64,000 bases of DNA from an uncultured Actinomycetes bacterium (GTDB taxonomy: Bacteria; Actinomycetota; Acidimicrobiia; IMCC26256; DASPTH01), in NCBI GenBank assembly GCA_963815405.1, contig CAWFGR010000006.1, positions 10,158-74,157 on the forward strand, written 5' to 3'. The notes below the pieces were generated by a model. The model saw only the letters and a list, made by a program, of their open reading frames with translations, did no database searches and was not told where the DNA came from. How positions within the stretch are numbered: the stretch's first letter is position 1; each line of letters opens with the position of its first letter. Shown here piece after piece: positions 32,344-44,827 of this stretch. The translations under genes and the position numbers were made by a program.

Positions 32344-32724
32344 TCAGCCGCCGAATGCGAGCGCCACCGCGAGCGCGGTCGACTCGGTGTGGGTCAGCGA
32401 GAGTTGCCAGCCGCTGACGCCGCGCTCGGCGGCGATCCTCGCGGCGCCTCCGGTCAGGGACAGCTCGGGTGCTCCGCCCGGCCGTCGCACGACTTCGACG
32501 TCGCGGAACCGGAACTTCCACAACCCGACACCGAGCGCCTTCATGACGGCCTCCTTCGCGGCGAACCGCGCCGCGAGGTTCTTGGAGGGATCGCGTTGGC
32601 GGAACGCGTACGCCCGCTCGTCGTCGCTGAAGAGCCGTTCGGCGAGCTGCGCCCGGCGTGCCAACGCGAGGCGGAAGCGGTCGACCTCGACGAGGTCGGT
32701 GCCCAGCCCGAGCACGTGGCTCAC
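32344..32724 (-). CDS. acpS: Holo-ACP synthase
   Basis: GLGTDLVEV, LAARFAAKEAVMKALG, LSLTHT. Confidence 0.95.
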   Translation of the reverse strand: MSHVLGLGTDLVEVDRFRLALARRAQLAERLFSDDERAYAFRQRDPSKNLAARFAAKEAVMKALGVGLWKFRFRDVEVVRRPGGAPELSLTGGAARIAAERGVSGWQLSLTHTESTALAVALAFGG

Positions 32725-35700
32725 GCGGGCGCCCACCGGTCGGCAAGGACGTACACCGGCTCGGTGAGCAGCTCGATCGGATCGATCGTGGCCAGGATCG
32801 CGTCGTCGAACGCGGGCGTCGTCTCGGTGACCGCGTCCTTCAACGCCCCGTACCGGCCCTGGTAGCCCTCGAGGACGCCGCGCGCGACGTCGGGTTGGAG
32901 CCGACCGGCGAACCGGGCATGCAGCAGAGTCAAACCGACCGTCTGGTTGTCCTTGACCTCGGGCACGATCACGACGGTGCGCTGGTCGCTCCGGCCACGC
33001 GCGACCGTCACCTCGCGCAGCGACGCCACCCGATGCTTCGTGCCCCGGAGGGTCGGATCGTCGAGCGTGCGCGAGCGCAGGCCCGTCGCGATCCCACCTG
33101 CGTCGATCGGGAAGATCCGCACGTCGTCGGCCGCGACGTCGCCTTCGACGCGGTAGCGCAGGTAGCCCTCGACGTGCTCGACGACAGGGTCGAGCGCCAC
33201 GAGGGTCCGGAGCGCGCGGTAGCTCAGCGCGTCGCGCGATGCGCCCGCGGCCATGACCTCGCGTACGAGGCGCACCTGCAGGAGCTCTTCGTCGGCCCGC
33301 GAGATCCCGACCGTCACGGTCTTCGCCTGGTGCTTGATCGCGTCGACCGGTCGCGTGAGCTCCTCGATCCCCTTCGTCAGCGCCGCGGCGAGATCGTCGA
33401 CGACGACGGCGGGGGTCCCGACCTTGCCGAACTCGACCTGATATGAATCGAGCGCCGTGATGCCCGTGGCGTACCGCAGCGAGGTCGCGATCTGCACCGC
33501 CGTGCTCGCTTCGAGCTGGCCGTCGTAGCCGCCGGTCCGCAGACGGTCGTAGTACTCGGTCACGGGCCCTTCGAGCCCTGGAGCCAGGTGCGCCAAGAGG
33601 TCGTCGGCGCGGCCGCCGTTCGACGCGACGAGGGTCTGGATCCCCGCACGTGCCTCGCGCAACGGTCGCGCCGACGCGTCGATCGCAAGCGCAGCTTCGT
33701 ACCCGAAGAGGTGCCCCGCAACCGTCGAGAGCACGAACGCGACCGACGGATGCGCCGAGGGAACCTCGATGGTCTCCTCGGCGGCGCCGAACCGATCCTG
33801 GCCCTCGGAGATGACCACGATGGCGGCCGCTCGGTGCGCGCCGTAGATCGCGACCTCTTTCGCGACGTCGTCGGCGTTGGAGCCGACGAGGCCCGCAGCG
33901 CACACGAACACCATCGGCTCAGAAGACAAGTCGATGTGCTTCTTGTCCTCGGTGACGTCGCACGCGATCGACTTGTAACAGAGCTCCGACAACTTGATGC
34001 GCACCTCGTTGGCCGCGACGCGGTTGGCGCCGTTGCCCACCACCGCCCACGATCGCCGCGTCGGCGCCAGGCGCTGCGCGATGGCTGCCACCACACCACG
34101 CCGCCCGATGACCAGTTCCATCGCGGCGGGAAGGTCACGAAGCCCGCGCAGCAGGGAATCCGCCGTGTCGGGGTCGAGCGCGCCGGCTTCGTCGGCGATC
34201 GCGAGCGCGAGCAGGTGTCCCGCCGCGATCTGCGAGTAGAACGCCTTCGTCGAGGCGACGCTCATCTCGACGTCGCGGCCGTCGGACGTGTAGAGCACGC
34301 CATCGGCCTTGTCGACGAGATCGCTGTTGCGCCGGTTCACGATCGCGACGACAGTCGCACCGCGGGCGCGGCCGAGGTCGACGGTTCGATTGGTGTCGGT
34401 CGTGGTACCGCTCTGGCTGATCGCGACGAGGAGGGTGTCGCGCATGTCGTCGACCAGCTCGAACCCGGACAGCTCCGTGGCCCGCCGCGCATCGACCTGC
34501 AGCGCCGACCCCACGAGTGATCCGAGCATCATGGCCAGGCTCTCGCCGGCGACCGCCGCGGTGCCCTGACCGATCGCGACGACCTTGCGGACCGAGCCGT
34601 CACGCAGCCGCTCGCGCAAGGCCGGTGGCAACGTGTCCGATCCGAGCGCGACCCGGAGCCGGCCTTCGCGGTCGGTCGCGATCTTCCCGCGCAACGTCTT
34701 GCGGAACGAGGCCGGCGACTCCGAGATCTCCTTGAGGAGGTAGTGCGGGAAGTCGCCCCGGTCGATGTCGCGCGTCGTGATCTCCGCCGCCGCGACCTCG
34801 CGCTCGGAGACGGGCAGGACCGTCCCGTCGAACGACAGGCGACGGATACCATCGAGCGAGCCGGCGTGATCGGCGTCGAGGACCACGATCTGTCCCCGGG
34901 TCGCGGACGCGCGCTCGGGGTCCGCGGGCGTCTCACCGTCCATACGCACATACCGCGCCGTCTCGTGCACGAGTCCGTACGGCTCGCTCGCGACGATGAA
35001 CTCGTCCTCGGCGACTCCGACGTACAACGCCTGACCGCTTCCGCGGAGCGCGAGGTACATGCGCGAAGGGTCGTCGGCGATCACCGCGGCGATGCCTTGG
35101 GATCCCTGGAACCCTGCCACGGTGCGCCGGAACGCCTCCTCGGTATGCTCGCCGGCCTGCATGCGGTGCGCGACGAGCATGGGGATCAGCTTCGCGTCGG
35201 TGGTGATGCCGGCGTCGATGCGCAGACCCTCGACTGCGACGAGGTCGGTGTGGTTGTCGACGTCGCCGTTGAGCACGCCGAACACACACGGAGCGACGCG
35301 CTCCTCGCCAACGACCCGCGCCTCCCGCTCGTCGAGGGGATGCGCGTTCGCCTCAGAGATGACACCCACACTGGCCCACCGCGTGTGACCGAGGACGATC
35401 GTCCGCGGATCACCCGCGGCAAGGATGCGGTGCAGCGCGACGTCGCCCCGGATCGCGGCCCGCAGAGCGGCCGTGTTGTCCCCGAGCTCACCGATCTCGG
35501 CTGCCGCCTTGTAGACGAACGCGATCGCGCCGTCGACGATGCGCATCGCGCCCGAGCGCAACAACACGTCGCCGCACCGAGCATCGACGCTCGCTGCCAG
35601 GTCTCCGCCGAGATCGGCAGTCGAACCCGACACGAGCACCTGCAATCCCGCTGAATCGCGCCCGTGGACCTCGAGACGGTCGAGCGCGGAGAGCGCAGCC

Positions 35701-36154
35701 TGGATCGAGGTGAACGCCTCGAGGGCGGCGAGGCTGGGCTCCGACCCGGCCAGGTCCGCGACGGCTCGCGCGCCGCGATCCGATCGCGGGCGATCGCCCA
35801 GGCCGCGTCGCGCGCCCGGAGCACGACCCGGTTCCAGGTCTCGAGCTCGTCCGCCGCGACGCCTCCCTCGCGATCGAGACCCCGTTCGATCTCGGCAAGA
35901 GTCGCGGTGATCGCCGCGGCCGACGTCTCGAGCTCCAGGGCGATCGACGGGTCGGTGACCAGCGCGGCCACGCCCGGAACGCCCTGGAGCGCACCGTCGA
36001 TCGATTCGAGCGTGGTCGCGACGTCGCTCAGCCGCAGCGGGTCGGCCGGGCGCTCGAGCGTGGCGCGGGTCGCGGCAAGCCGGTTGGCCAGCTCGCGGAG
36101 GTCGGGAGCATCCCGCGTCGAGCGCCGGCGGACGACGCCGATGATTCCACACAC
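32721..36154 (-). CDS. glmS: Long-form glutamine-fructose-6-phosphate aminotransferase (~1140 aa), frameshifted near 35770
   Basis: MCGII, DSAG, GHTRWA, NAHP, NGDVDN, ISQSGTT.DT, VASTKAF, KLSELCY, QAKTVTV; located between glmM and acpS. Confidence 0.85.
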
Positions 36155-36182
36155 GCCGGAAAGGCTACGGCGTCGTGGACCC

Positions 36183-37523
36183 CTACCGTCGCGCCGCGTG
36201 CTCGACGAGCTCGACGAGCCGCTTGGCGACGGATTCGGCCTCAGCCGGGTCCTCCGCCTCCACCATCACGCGCACGAGGGGCTCGGTGCCCGAAGGCCGC
36301 ACCAGGATGCGGCCGGTGTCGCCGAGCTCGCCGGCGATCGTCTGGACAGTCGCCCAGAACGCGGTGTCGGCAGACAGATCGGACGGCTGGGCGACCGCGA
36401 CGTTGCGGAGGACCTGCGGGACGCGCGTCAGGACCGATGCGAGCTCGGAGAGCGAGCGGCGACGGCGCGTCATCATGTCGAGCAGGAACAGCGCGGTGAG
36501 CGTCCCGTCGCCCGTGTTGGCGTGCTGGCTGAAGATCACGTGGCCCGACTGCTCGCCACCGAGCGCGAGCCCGCGGCGCTCGAGCTCGTCGAGGACGTTG
36601 CGGTCGCCCACCGGCGTCTCGACCACCTCGATGTCGTACGGGGCGAGCGCCCGTCGCAAGCCGAGGTTCGACATGACGGTGGCCACGATCGCGTTGCCGG
36701 GGAGCTGCCCGCGATCGTGCAGGTCGAGCGCCGCGATGGCGAGGATCTCGTCGCCGTCGACCACAGCGCCGTGCTCGTCGACGGCGACCACGCGGTCGGC
36801 GTCGCCGTCGAACGCGAAGCCCACGGCCGCGCCCGACTGTCTCACCGCCTCGACAAGGCTCGTCGGGTCCGTCGACCCGCAGTGGGCGTTGATGTTGGTG
36901 CCGTCGGGCGACGCGTGGAGCACCTCGACCTCGGCGCCGAGCGCGCGCAATGCCGACGGCGCGACCCGGAAGGCGGCGCCGTTGGCGCAGTCGACGACGA
37001 TGCGTAGCGGGCTCAACCGCCGACCGTCGAGCGCGTCCAGAAGGTGCCCCATGTAGTCGTCGAAGGCGCTCTTGCGCTCGGTGACGACACCCACCCCCGG
37101 GCCCGACGGCCCCGGACCGGGGTCGCCGACCGCGAGCTCGCGCAGCGCGGTCTCGATTTGCGCCTCGACCGCGTCGTCGATCTTGCGGCCGCCGACGCCG
37201 AACAGCTTCACGCCGTTGTCGGAGAAACCGTTGTGGCTCGCCGAGATGACCGCGGCAGCCGCGCCGCGTTCGCGGGCGAGGAACGCGACGCCCGGCGTCG
37301 GGAGGACGCCCGCGAGCTCGACGTCCGCGCCTTCGGCACAGAGACCGGCCACGAACGCGGCTTCGAGCATCGGACCGGAACGTCGCGTGTCGCGACCGAC
37401 GACGAACGGGTGCTGCGATCCGAGGACCCGGACCGTGGCGCGGCCCAGCGCCGTCACCAACTCGACGGTGAGCTCGTGGTTCGCGACGCCGCGCAGCCCG
37501 TCGGTGCCAAAGCTGAGGGCCAT
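36183..37523 (-). CDS. glmM: Phosphoglucosamine mutase
   Basis: FGTDGLRG, ISASHN, FDGDADR, GGEQSGH, RPSGTEP. Confidence 0.96.
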   Translation of the reverse strand: MALSFGTDGLRGVANHELTVELVTALGRATVRVLGSQHPFVVGRDTRRSGPMLEAAFVAGLCAEGADVELAGVLPTPGVAFLARERGAAAAVISASHNGFSDNGVKLFGVGGRKIDDAVEAQIETALRELAVGDPGPGPSGPGVGVVTERKSAFDDYMGHLLDALDGRRLSPLRIVVDCANGAAFRVAPSALRALGAEVEVLHASPDGTNINAHCGSTDPTSLVEAVRQSGAAVGFAFDGDADRVVAVDEHGAVVDGDEILAIAALDLHDRGQLPGNAIVATVMSNLGLRRALAPYDIEVVETPVGDRNVLDELERRGLALGGEQSGHVIFSQHANTGDGTLTALFLLDMMTRRRRSLSELASVLTRVPQVLRNVAVAQPSDLSADTAFWATVQTIAGELGDTGRILVRPSGTEPLVRVMVEAEDPAEAESVAKRLVELVEHAARR

Positions 37524-37539
37524 CGTCGCCGACCGTTGC

Positions 37540-37932
37540 CTACCGCTTCGAGTACTGCGGTGCCTTGCGGGCCTTCTTCAGGCCGTACTTGCGGCGTTCC
37601 TTCTCCCGCGCGTCACGCGTGAGCAGTCCCGCCTTCTTGAGCTGCGGGCGCAACTCACCGTCGAGCTCCACCAACGCACGGGCGATCCCGAGGCGGAGCG
37701 CACCCGCCTGGCCGCTCACCCCGCCACCACCCAACGTCGCGTCGACGTCGTAGACGTCGGCCGTCTGCGTGATACGCAACGGCTCGATCGCGGCGACGCG
37801 GTGGGTGAGGATCGGGAAGAACTGCTCGAACGTGCGGCCGTTGATCTTCACCGCACCCGTCCCGGGGCGCAGGCGCACGCGCGCGACGGCCTCCTTGCGA
37901 CGGCCGGTGGTCTGGACGAGGGGCTTCGACAC
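37540..37932 (-). CDS. rpsI: 30S ribosomal protein S9
   Basis: [32 protein letters not shown]. Confidence 0.98.
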   Translation of the reverse strand: MSKPLVQTTGRRKEAVARVRLRPGTGAVKINGRTFEQFFPILTHRVAAIEPLRITQTADVYDVDATLGGGGVSGQAGALRLGIARALVELDGELRPQLKKAGLLTRDAREKERRKYGLKKARKAPQYSKR

Positions 37933-37958
37933 AGTCGCTCCTTGACGCGGGTGCGCGC

Positions 37959-38405
37959 TCAGCCGGCGCGCCGTGAGGCGATCACGTGGGGCTGCGGCTG
38001 CTGAGCCGCATGCGGGTGCTCGGCACCCGCGTAGACACGCAACTTCTTGAGCATCGCCCGACCGAGCCGGCCCTTCGGCAGCATGCCCCGCACGGCGAGA
38101 CGCACGACACGCTCGGGGTCGCGCGCGAGCAGGTCCTGGAGACTCTCGCTGGTCAGGCCGCCCGGGTAGCCGGAGTGGCGGTAGTACTGCTTGTCGCTCA
38201 GCTTGCGTGCCGACACGTCGAGCTTCGCGGCGTTGACGATCACCACGTGGTCACCGCAGTCGACGTGCGGTGCCCAGATCGGCTTGTGCTTGCCGCGCAG
38301 CAGCGTCGCGGACTCGGTTGCGACGCGCCCGAGCACGGCGCCGTCGGCGTCGATGACCCGCCAGGCGCGTGTGATATCGGAAGGCTTGGGGCTGAAGGTC
38401 CGCAC
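37959..38405 (-). CDS. rplM: 50S ribosomal protein L13
   Basis: [35 protein letters not shown]. Confidence 0.98.
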   Translation of the reverse strand: MRTFSPKPSDITRAWRVIDADGAVLGRVATESATLLRGKHKPIWAPHVDCGDHVVIVNAAKLDVSARKLSDKQYYRHSGYPGGLTSESLQDLLARDPERVVRLAVRGMLPKGRLGRAMLKKLRVYAGAEHPHAAQQPQPHVIASRRAG

Positions 38406-38559
38406 GGTTCCTCACCGGGGTCGGTCTCGGACGCGAGCCACGGAGCAGGCGGCCGGCGCGACCAGCCAATCTAGCCCCTTCCGCCGCCTCCCGACAATCC
38501 GGCCCCCGCTGAGGATCGGGCCTTCACCGCAGAGCCAGGGGTGTGGTAGGAGCATTGGT

Positions 38560-40072
38560 GTGTTCGCGTCCGATGGGAGCGCCACCCGGAGACTGGCCGA
38601 GTTCGGCGCCACGCTCTCGTGTGGCGAGCTCCCCGAGGCGGTCGTCCATCAGGTCAAGCGGGTCGTCATCGACACCCTGGGCTGCATCGTCGGGGCGCAT
38701 CCCTACGAAGGTGCGGCGCTGACCGAGCACGTCATCTTCGGCCTGGGCGGGAACCCGGAGGCCCGGGCCATCCCGGCCGGGATTCGGACGAACGCCGCCA
38801 ACGCCGCCTACGTGAACGCGCAGCTCTCCAACCTGCTCGACATGGACGACGGCTTGCACTTCCGTCTGCATTTCGCGAACACCTCGGTGGCGGCTCCGCT
38901 CGCGGTCGCCGAGAGCGTCGCGTCGAGCGGGCAGCGCTTGATCCAGGCGGTCGCCGCGGCGTACGAGACCAGCGCCGCGGGTCGCGCTCTCCTTTCCACG
39001 CGAGGTCCAGCTCTCGGGAACATGGCCGGACGTCGAGATCCAACCAGCGCGCGCGTCAACGGCGCTGGGTTCGCCACCTTCGGCGCTGCGGCCGGCTGCG
39101 GCAACCTCGTGGGGCTGGCGCCGGACACGATGGCGCATGCGTTCGGCATCGCGGGCTACAGCGCGGTCGTTCCGTCGATCCAAAAAGCGCTGCTCGCGCC
39201 GCTCACGATGAGCAAGTACGCCGCGTTCGGCCAGATCGCATGGAACTCCGTCGTCGCGGTTCGACTCGCCGACGCCGGGTTCACCGGTGACGACACGGTC
39301 CTGGACGGCGACGCCGGATTCTGGCAGATGACCGGAGCGGCGGCGTGTGACGAGAGCATCCTCACCGGCGGCTTCGGTGAGCAGTGGTGGATCCTCGACA
39401 ACGCCTTCAAGATGATCCCGGCGTGCGGCGCCACCCGCTATCCCGTCCACGCGACCGAGCTGTTGATGCGACGATTCGGCGTCCGGCCGGACCAGGTCGA
39501 GCGCGTCGAGGTGTTCCAAGCGCACTACCGGGTGCAGACCGACGAGCAGGGCACAGCACGCGCGTCCGGCTCGAGCGCCCCATGGTTCATCACCGCGCCA
39601 CGCAATTACCTCGAGGCGCAGCTCAGCACCCCGTGGGCGATCGCCATGACCCTGCTGGCCGTCCCGCGCACACAGTGGCAGGCGCCCGAGGCGCTGGGTC
39701 GTCAGGATGCACGCGACCTCGCGTCGCGAGTGGTGATCAAGCCGGACGTCGACGCGAAGAAGGTCTACTGGGGTCAGCTCTCGGCTCCCGGCATCTGTCG
39801 CCTTCGTCGCTTCCCCGTGACCGTCGTCGTGACGACACGTGACGGCCGGCGTCTGGAGGCACGCACGGAGACGGTCCCGGGCGACGAGTTCGACGTCGAG
39901 CAACCGCGCGTCGGACGACGATCTCTGTGCGAAGTTCCTAGAGTTCGCAGAGACGGTGCTCCCGCGCCCGCGGCTCGAGCGCGCCCTCGCCTTGCTCCTC
40001 GAGCTCGAGCACGTGCCGGACGTTCGAACCGTCACCGAGCTCCTCTGCATCCCGCCCGCCAACGCGGCGTGA
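38560..40072 (+). CDS. MmgE/PrpD family protein, frameshifted near 39900
   Basis: IDTLGCIVG, AAYVN..LDMDD, GFTG..DG..GF, FKMIPACGAT; C-terminus 'SDDDLCAKF' lies in another frame. Confidence 0.85.
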
Positions 40073-40073
40073 C

Positions 40074-41193
40074 TCAGAGGCTGGTGCCCACGGCGGTGCC
40101 GATGAGGTAGGTGACCGCGGCGACGACCGCCCCGATGACGCCCATGCGCACCGCTGACCGACCCGCAGGACGCCCGGTGAAGATCGAGGTGAGGGCACCG
40201 ACGCCGAGAAGCGCCGCGAGCGACACGGCCGCCGACACGACCGTCGCCGCGGTTCCGGCGCCGACAAGGAACGCGATCACGGGGAGCAGCGCGCCAAGCC
40301 CGAACGCGACAAATGACGACCAGGCGGCAACCCAGGGCGAGCCGAGCCGCGACGGATCGAGACCGAGCTCCTCGCGGGCCAGCGTGTCCAGTGCGACGTC
40401 GGAGCGGCGCATGATGCTCGCCACCAGCGCCCGCGCCACGTCGGGCGCGATCCCCTTCGCGCGGTAGATGAGCTCGAGCTCTTCGCGCTCCTCCCCGGGA
40501 AACGCCAGGAGCTCCTCGCGCTCGACACGCAACTCGTTCTCGTAGAGCTCGCGCTGCGACTGGATGGAGATCCACTCGCCGGAGGCCATCGAGAAGGCGC
40601 CGGCGACGAGCCCGGCCACACCGGCCAGGACCACGATGCTCCGATTCGAAGTGCCACCTGCGACGCCCATCACGAGCGAGAAGTTCGAGATGAGCCCGTC
40701 GTTCGCACCGAAGACACCAGCGCGCAGCAGGCCGCCGACCCCGGCACGGTGCCTGCCTTCGGAAACGCGCGATGCGCCCTCCGGCCGGGCCGCCCTGCAT
40801 CGCCGCCAGGGCACGCCCGGCGGCGGCCTCCTGCTCCGCCATCGCGTCCGTGGCGTCGGGCTCAGCCCGGTAGCGCTCGGCCTCGGCGGCCTCGGTGCGC
40901 AGCACCAGCGGAAGCACAGCCTCGGTCCCCAGATGACGGGCCAGGAAGACCAACGCGCGGGCGCGAAACGGCAGGCGCGGCGGCTTGGGTTCGATGCCTG
41001 CGGCTCGGAGGACCCGAACCCAGTGCTGCGCGTGACGCTCTTCCGACGCCGCGAGCTGCAAGAAGATCCGTTGGCGCTCCTCGTCCCGGGAGTGCCGCGC
41101 CAGACCCCGGTACATCTGACCGCCCGCGATCTCGTCCGCCCACATCTCGGTGATGCGGCGCAGCCGCTCGGCCTCGCCGTCGCGCGCCCTCAT
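40074..41193 (-). CDS. VIT1/CCC1 Fe/Mn transporter with N-terminal rubrerythrin/ferritin-like domain, frameshifted
   Basis: E..Y..EERHAQHW N-terminus; VFGANDGLISN, AGAFSMASGEW, EELGL. Confidence 0.88.
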
Positions 41194-41232
41194 GGCGTCA
41201 CCGTACCGATCCGCGGCAGGTGCGTGCGTCGC

Positions 41233-42024
41233 TCAATACTCGACGGACCGCAGGCTGAGCCCGTGCGGCGGCGCCACCCGCCCCGCCGCGTTGCGGTCGT
41301 GCGACCGCAGGATCCGGAGCACGTCGCCCGGACGGATCCGCCCTGCTCCGACGTCGACGATCGTGCCCACGATCGAGCGCACCATCTGCCAGCAGAACGC
41401 GGTGGCTCGGATGTCGAGGTCGAGGATGCCGTCGCGGCGCACCGTCCACCCTGCGTCGAGCACGCGGCGCACGGTCGTCGTTCCCTGCGGACCACGGCGG
41501 CAGAACGACGCGAAGTCGTGCTCGCCCAGGAACGGGTCCGTCGCGAGCCGCAAGCGGGTGAGGTCGAGCGGCTCCGGAATCCACCACGCGTACCGGGCGA
41601 GGAACGGGTCGGGAGCGTCACGGTTGACGACGGTGTAGCGGTACGCGCGCGGCACGGGCGTCACGTCGCGGCGTCGAAGCCGACGTCCACGAGCTCGCCG
41701 ATCGCGGACCACGACCTCGGGAGCGAGCTGTCCGTTGACGGCCCGCCGCACCCGATCGGGGTCGACGTCGGCGGCGACCGGAACACTCACGACCTGACCC
41801 CAGGCGTGGACGCCGGCGTCGGTACGGCCCGCACACGTGAGCTCGACCCCGGCCCGCAGCACGCGCTCCAACGCCGGCGACCAGCACGCCCGCGACGGTG
41901 CGCGACCTCGGGCTGCGCGGCAAAGCCGTGGAAGTCGGTGCCGTCGTACGCGACGAGAAGCCGGAGCGTCGACCCGCTGCGTCCGGACTCGGCCGATGCG
42001 CGGACCGAACGGCAGCTGGGTCAC
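41233..42024 (-). CDS. truA: tRNA pseudouridine(38-40) synthase, frameshifted
   Basis: [36 protein letters not shown]. Confidence 0.92.
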   Translation of the reverse strand: MTQLPFGPRIGRVRTQRVDAPASRRVRRHRLPRLCRAARGRAPSRACWSPALERVLRAGVELTCAGRTDAGVHAWGQVVSVPVAADVDPDRVRRAVNGQLAPEVVVRDRRARGRRLRRRDVTPVPRAYRYTVVNRDAPDPFLARYAWWIPEPLDLTRLRLATDPFLGEHDFASFCRRGPQGTTTVRRVLDAGWTVRRDGILDLDIRATAFCWQMVRSIVGTIVDVGAGRIRPGDVLRILRSHDRNAAGRVAPPHGLSLRSVEY

Positions 42025-42373
42025 ACCAGTTCGATGCGCGCCATGGGCGCGTTGTCGCCGGGACGGGGCCCGAGCTTCAGGATGCGCAGGTAGCCGCCGC
42101 TGCGGTCGCGCGTAGCGCGGTGCGATCTCGGCGAACAGCCTGTGCGTGGCGTCCTTGTCGTGGATCCGGGCGATGACCTGGCGCCGCTGGTGCACGCCGC
42201 CCGTCTTCGCCTTGGTGATGAGACGCTCGGCGTACGGACGCAGCGCCTTGGCCTTCGCGGCACGGTCGTGACGAGGTGCCCGGCCTCGAAGAGGCTGGCG
42301 GCCAGGTTCGCCATCATGAGGCGCTGGTGCGCGGGTCCCCGCCGAAGCGGGGGCCCTTCTTCGGCGTCGGCAT
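42021..42373 (-). CDS. rplQ: 50S ribosomal protein L17, frameshifted
   Basis: [44 protein letters not shown]. Confidence 0.93.
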
Positions 42374-42377
42374 CGGC

Positions 42378-43319
42378 CTACTCCTTCACGCGCAGCGACA
42401 GCCCGCGCTCGTCGAGCTTCTGGAGCACCTCTTCGAGCGACTTCGACCCGAAGTTGGTGATCGCGAGCAGGTCGTCCTCGGTCTTCTGCACGAGCTGGCC
42501 GATCGTGTCGACCCGCGCCCGCTTCAGGCAGTTGCGCGGCCGCTCGGAGAGGTCGAGCTCCTCGATCGGCAGCTCGAGGTCGGGCGACGTGGCCGTGGTC
42601 GGCGACACCTCGCCCAGCTCGAGGCCCGCGGGGCTCGTCGGAGAGCTCGGCGACCAGCGCCACGAGGTTGCGCAGCGTCGTCGCCCGCCGACGCCAGGGC
42701 GTCGCGCGGCGAGATCGAACCGTCGGTCTCGATCTCGAGCGTGAGCTTGTCGTAGTTGGTCGCCTGCTCGACCCGGGTCGGCTCGACCGAGAACGCGACC
42801 CGCCGCACCGGGCGAGAAGATCGCGTCGACCGGGATCACGCCGATCGTCGCCGTCCGCTTGTTGCGCTCGGCCGACAGGTAGCCGCGGCCCTGCTCGACG
42901 GTGAGGTCGACCGCGAGACGGCCCTTCGCGTTCACCGTGGCGAGGTGCAGCTCGGGGTTGAGGATCTCGACGTCGGCGGTCGTCTGGATGTCGCCCGCGG
43001 TGACCTCACCGGGGCCGCGCTTGTCGAGGCGCAGCGTCACCGGCTCGTCGGACCGAACACGTGCAGCACGAGGTCCTTGATGTTGAGGATGAGGTCGGTG
43101 ACGTCTTCCTTCACGCCGGGGATCGACGTCGAACTCGTGGAGCGCTTCGTCGAAGCGCACCTGCGTGACCGCCGCGCCCGGGATCGACGACAGCAGCGTG
43201 CGGCGCAGGCTGTTGCCGAGCGTGTGGCCGAAGCCGGGCTCGAGGGGCGAGATCGTGAACTGCTGGGTGTTGCCGTCGGGCTCGCCGGCCTCGACCTCGG
43301 GGCGCTGGATGATGAGCAT
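42378..43319 (-). CDS. rpoA: RNA polymerase alpha subunit, frameshifted
   Basis: [58 protein letters not shown]. Confidence 0.96.
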   Translation of the reverse strand: MLIIQRPEVEAGEPDGNTQQFTISPLEPGFGHTLGNSLRRTLLSSIPGAAVTQVRFDEALHEFDVDPRREGRRHRPHPQHQGPRAARVRSDEPVTLRLDKRGPGEVTAGDIQTTADVEILNPELHLATVNAKGRLAVDLTVEQGRGYLSAERNKRTATIGVIPVDAIFSPGAAGRVLGRADPGRAGDQLRQAHARDRDRRFDLAARRPGVGGRRRCATSWRWSPSSPTSPAGLELGEVSPTTATSPDLELPIEELDLSERPRNCLKRARVDTIGQLVQKTEDDLLAITNFGSKSLEEVLQKLDERGLSLRVKE

Positions 43320-43369
43320 GGCGTGCCTCGCTCGGTTGCGGGAACGGATGAGGTGAGGTGAGCGGAGTG

Positions 43370-44003
43370 CTACTTCGAGTAGAGCTCGACGATGAGCTGC
43401 TCGCGCACCGGCACGTCGATCTGCTCGCGGAGCGGGCAGGTCGCGCACCGTCGCCTTGAAGTCGCTCGCGCTGACGTCGAGCCACATGCGGCACGGCCCG
43501 GTCGAGCGTGTCGAGGTTGTGGCGGAGCACGATCATCGGCTCGGCCTTGGGGCGGATCTCGACCACGTCGCCCTTGCGCAGCCGGTACGACGGGATGGTG
43601 ACCCGCTTGCCGTTCACGATCACGTGGCCGTGGCGCACGAACTGGCGGGCCTGGTTGCGGCTCGCGCGCGAAGTTCGCCCGGAACACGACGTTGTCGAGG
43701 CGCAGCTCGAGCATGCGCAGCAGGTTCTCGCCGGTGATGCCCGTCTCGCCGTCGGCCTGCGGCGTACAGGTTGCGGAACTGCTTCTCGAGCACGCCGTAG
43801 ATGCGGCGCGCCTTCTGCTTCTCGCGGAGCTGGAGCAGGTACTCGCTCTCGCGGATGCGGCCGCGGCCGTGCTGGCCCGGCGGGTAGGGCTTGCGCTCGA
43901 CCGGGCAGCGCATCGTGTCGCACTTGGCGCCCTTGAGGAACAGCTTCATCCGCTCGCGGCGGCAGAGCCGGCAGACCGGACCAGGACCGTGTACACGTGC
44001 CAT
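43370..44003 (-). CDS. rpsD: 30S ribosomal protein S4 (Zn-binding type), frameshifted
   Basis: [40 protein letters not shown]. Confidence 0.95.
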
Positions 44004-44006
44004 GAC

Positions 44007-44407
44007 TCAGACCCTCCGCCGCTTCGGCGGGCGGCAACCGTTGTGCGGGATCGGCGTGACGTCCTTGATGCCGACGACCTCGATGCCCGGTGTTCTGGAT
44101 CGTGCGGATCGCCGTCTCACGACCGGAGCCCGGGCCCTTCACCACGACGTCGACCTTGCGCACGCCGTGCTCCATCGCCCGCCGGGCCGCGGTCTCGGCC
44201 GCGAGCTGCGCGGCGAACGGCGTCGACTTGCGCGAGCCCTTGAAGCCCACGTTGCCGGACGACGCCCACGCGAGCGTGTTCCCCTGCTGGTCGGCGATCG
44301 TGATGATCGTGTTGTTGAACGACGACTTGATGTGCGCGATGCCGTAGGCGACGTTCTTGCGCTCGCGCCGCTTCGGTCGCCGCCCGCCCGGCGGCGGGCT
44401 TAGCCAC
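44007..44407 (-). CDS. rpsK: 30S ribosomal protein S11, frameshifted
   Basis: [42 protein letters not shown]. Confidence 0.96.
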
Positions 44408-44441
44408 ACTGCTCCGACTTCCTACGTCCTCGTTGCTCGCT

Positions 44442-44818
44442 CTACTTCCGGGCGCGCTTCTTGCCGGCGACGGTCTTCTTCGGGCCCTTGCGGGTGCGGG
44501 CGTTGGTGCGCGTCCGCTGGCCCCGCACGGGAAGGCCGCGGCGGTGGCGGATGCCCGCGTAGCTGCCGATCTCGACCTTGCGCTTGATGTTCGCCGCGAC
44601 CTCGCGGCGCAGGTCACCCTCGACCTTGAGGCTCTGGTCGATCTAGGTGCGGAGCCGGGCGACCTCCTCGTCGGTGAGGTCGCGCACACGCGTGTCGGCG
44701 AGATGCTGGACGCCTCGCACACCTGGCGCGCGGTGGTGCGCCCGACGCCGAAGATGTAGGTCAGCGAGATCTCCAGGCGCTTCTCGCGCGGGATGTCGAC
44801 ACCGGCGATGCGAGCCAC
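44442..44818 (-). CDS. rpsM: 30S ribosomal protein S13, with an indel and an internal TAG (44643-44645)
   Basis: [48 protein letters not shown]. Confidence 0.94.
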
Positions 44819-44827
44819 GGGTTCCTC

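Noticed and set aside
36155-36182. glmS ribozyme
   Set aside because: Only 28 nt separate glmM and glmS, and they contain a -10 box.
44643-44645. In-frame TAG in rpsM suggesting stop-codon recoding
   Set aside because: TAG is used as a normal stop in many genes here (rpsM, tuf, rpsJ, groES). It is one base from TAC/TGG and lies in the error-dense zone.
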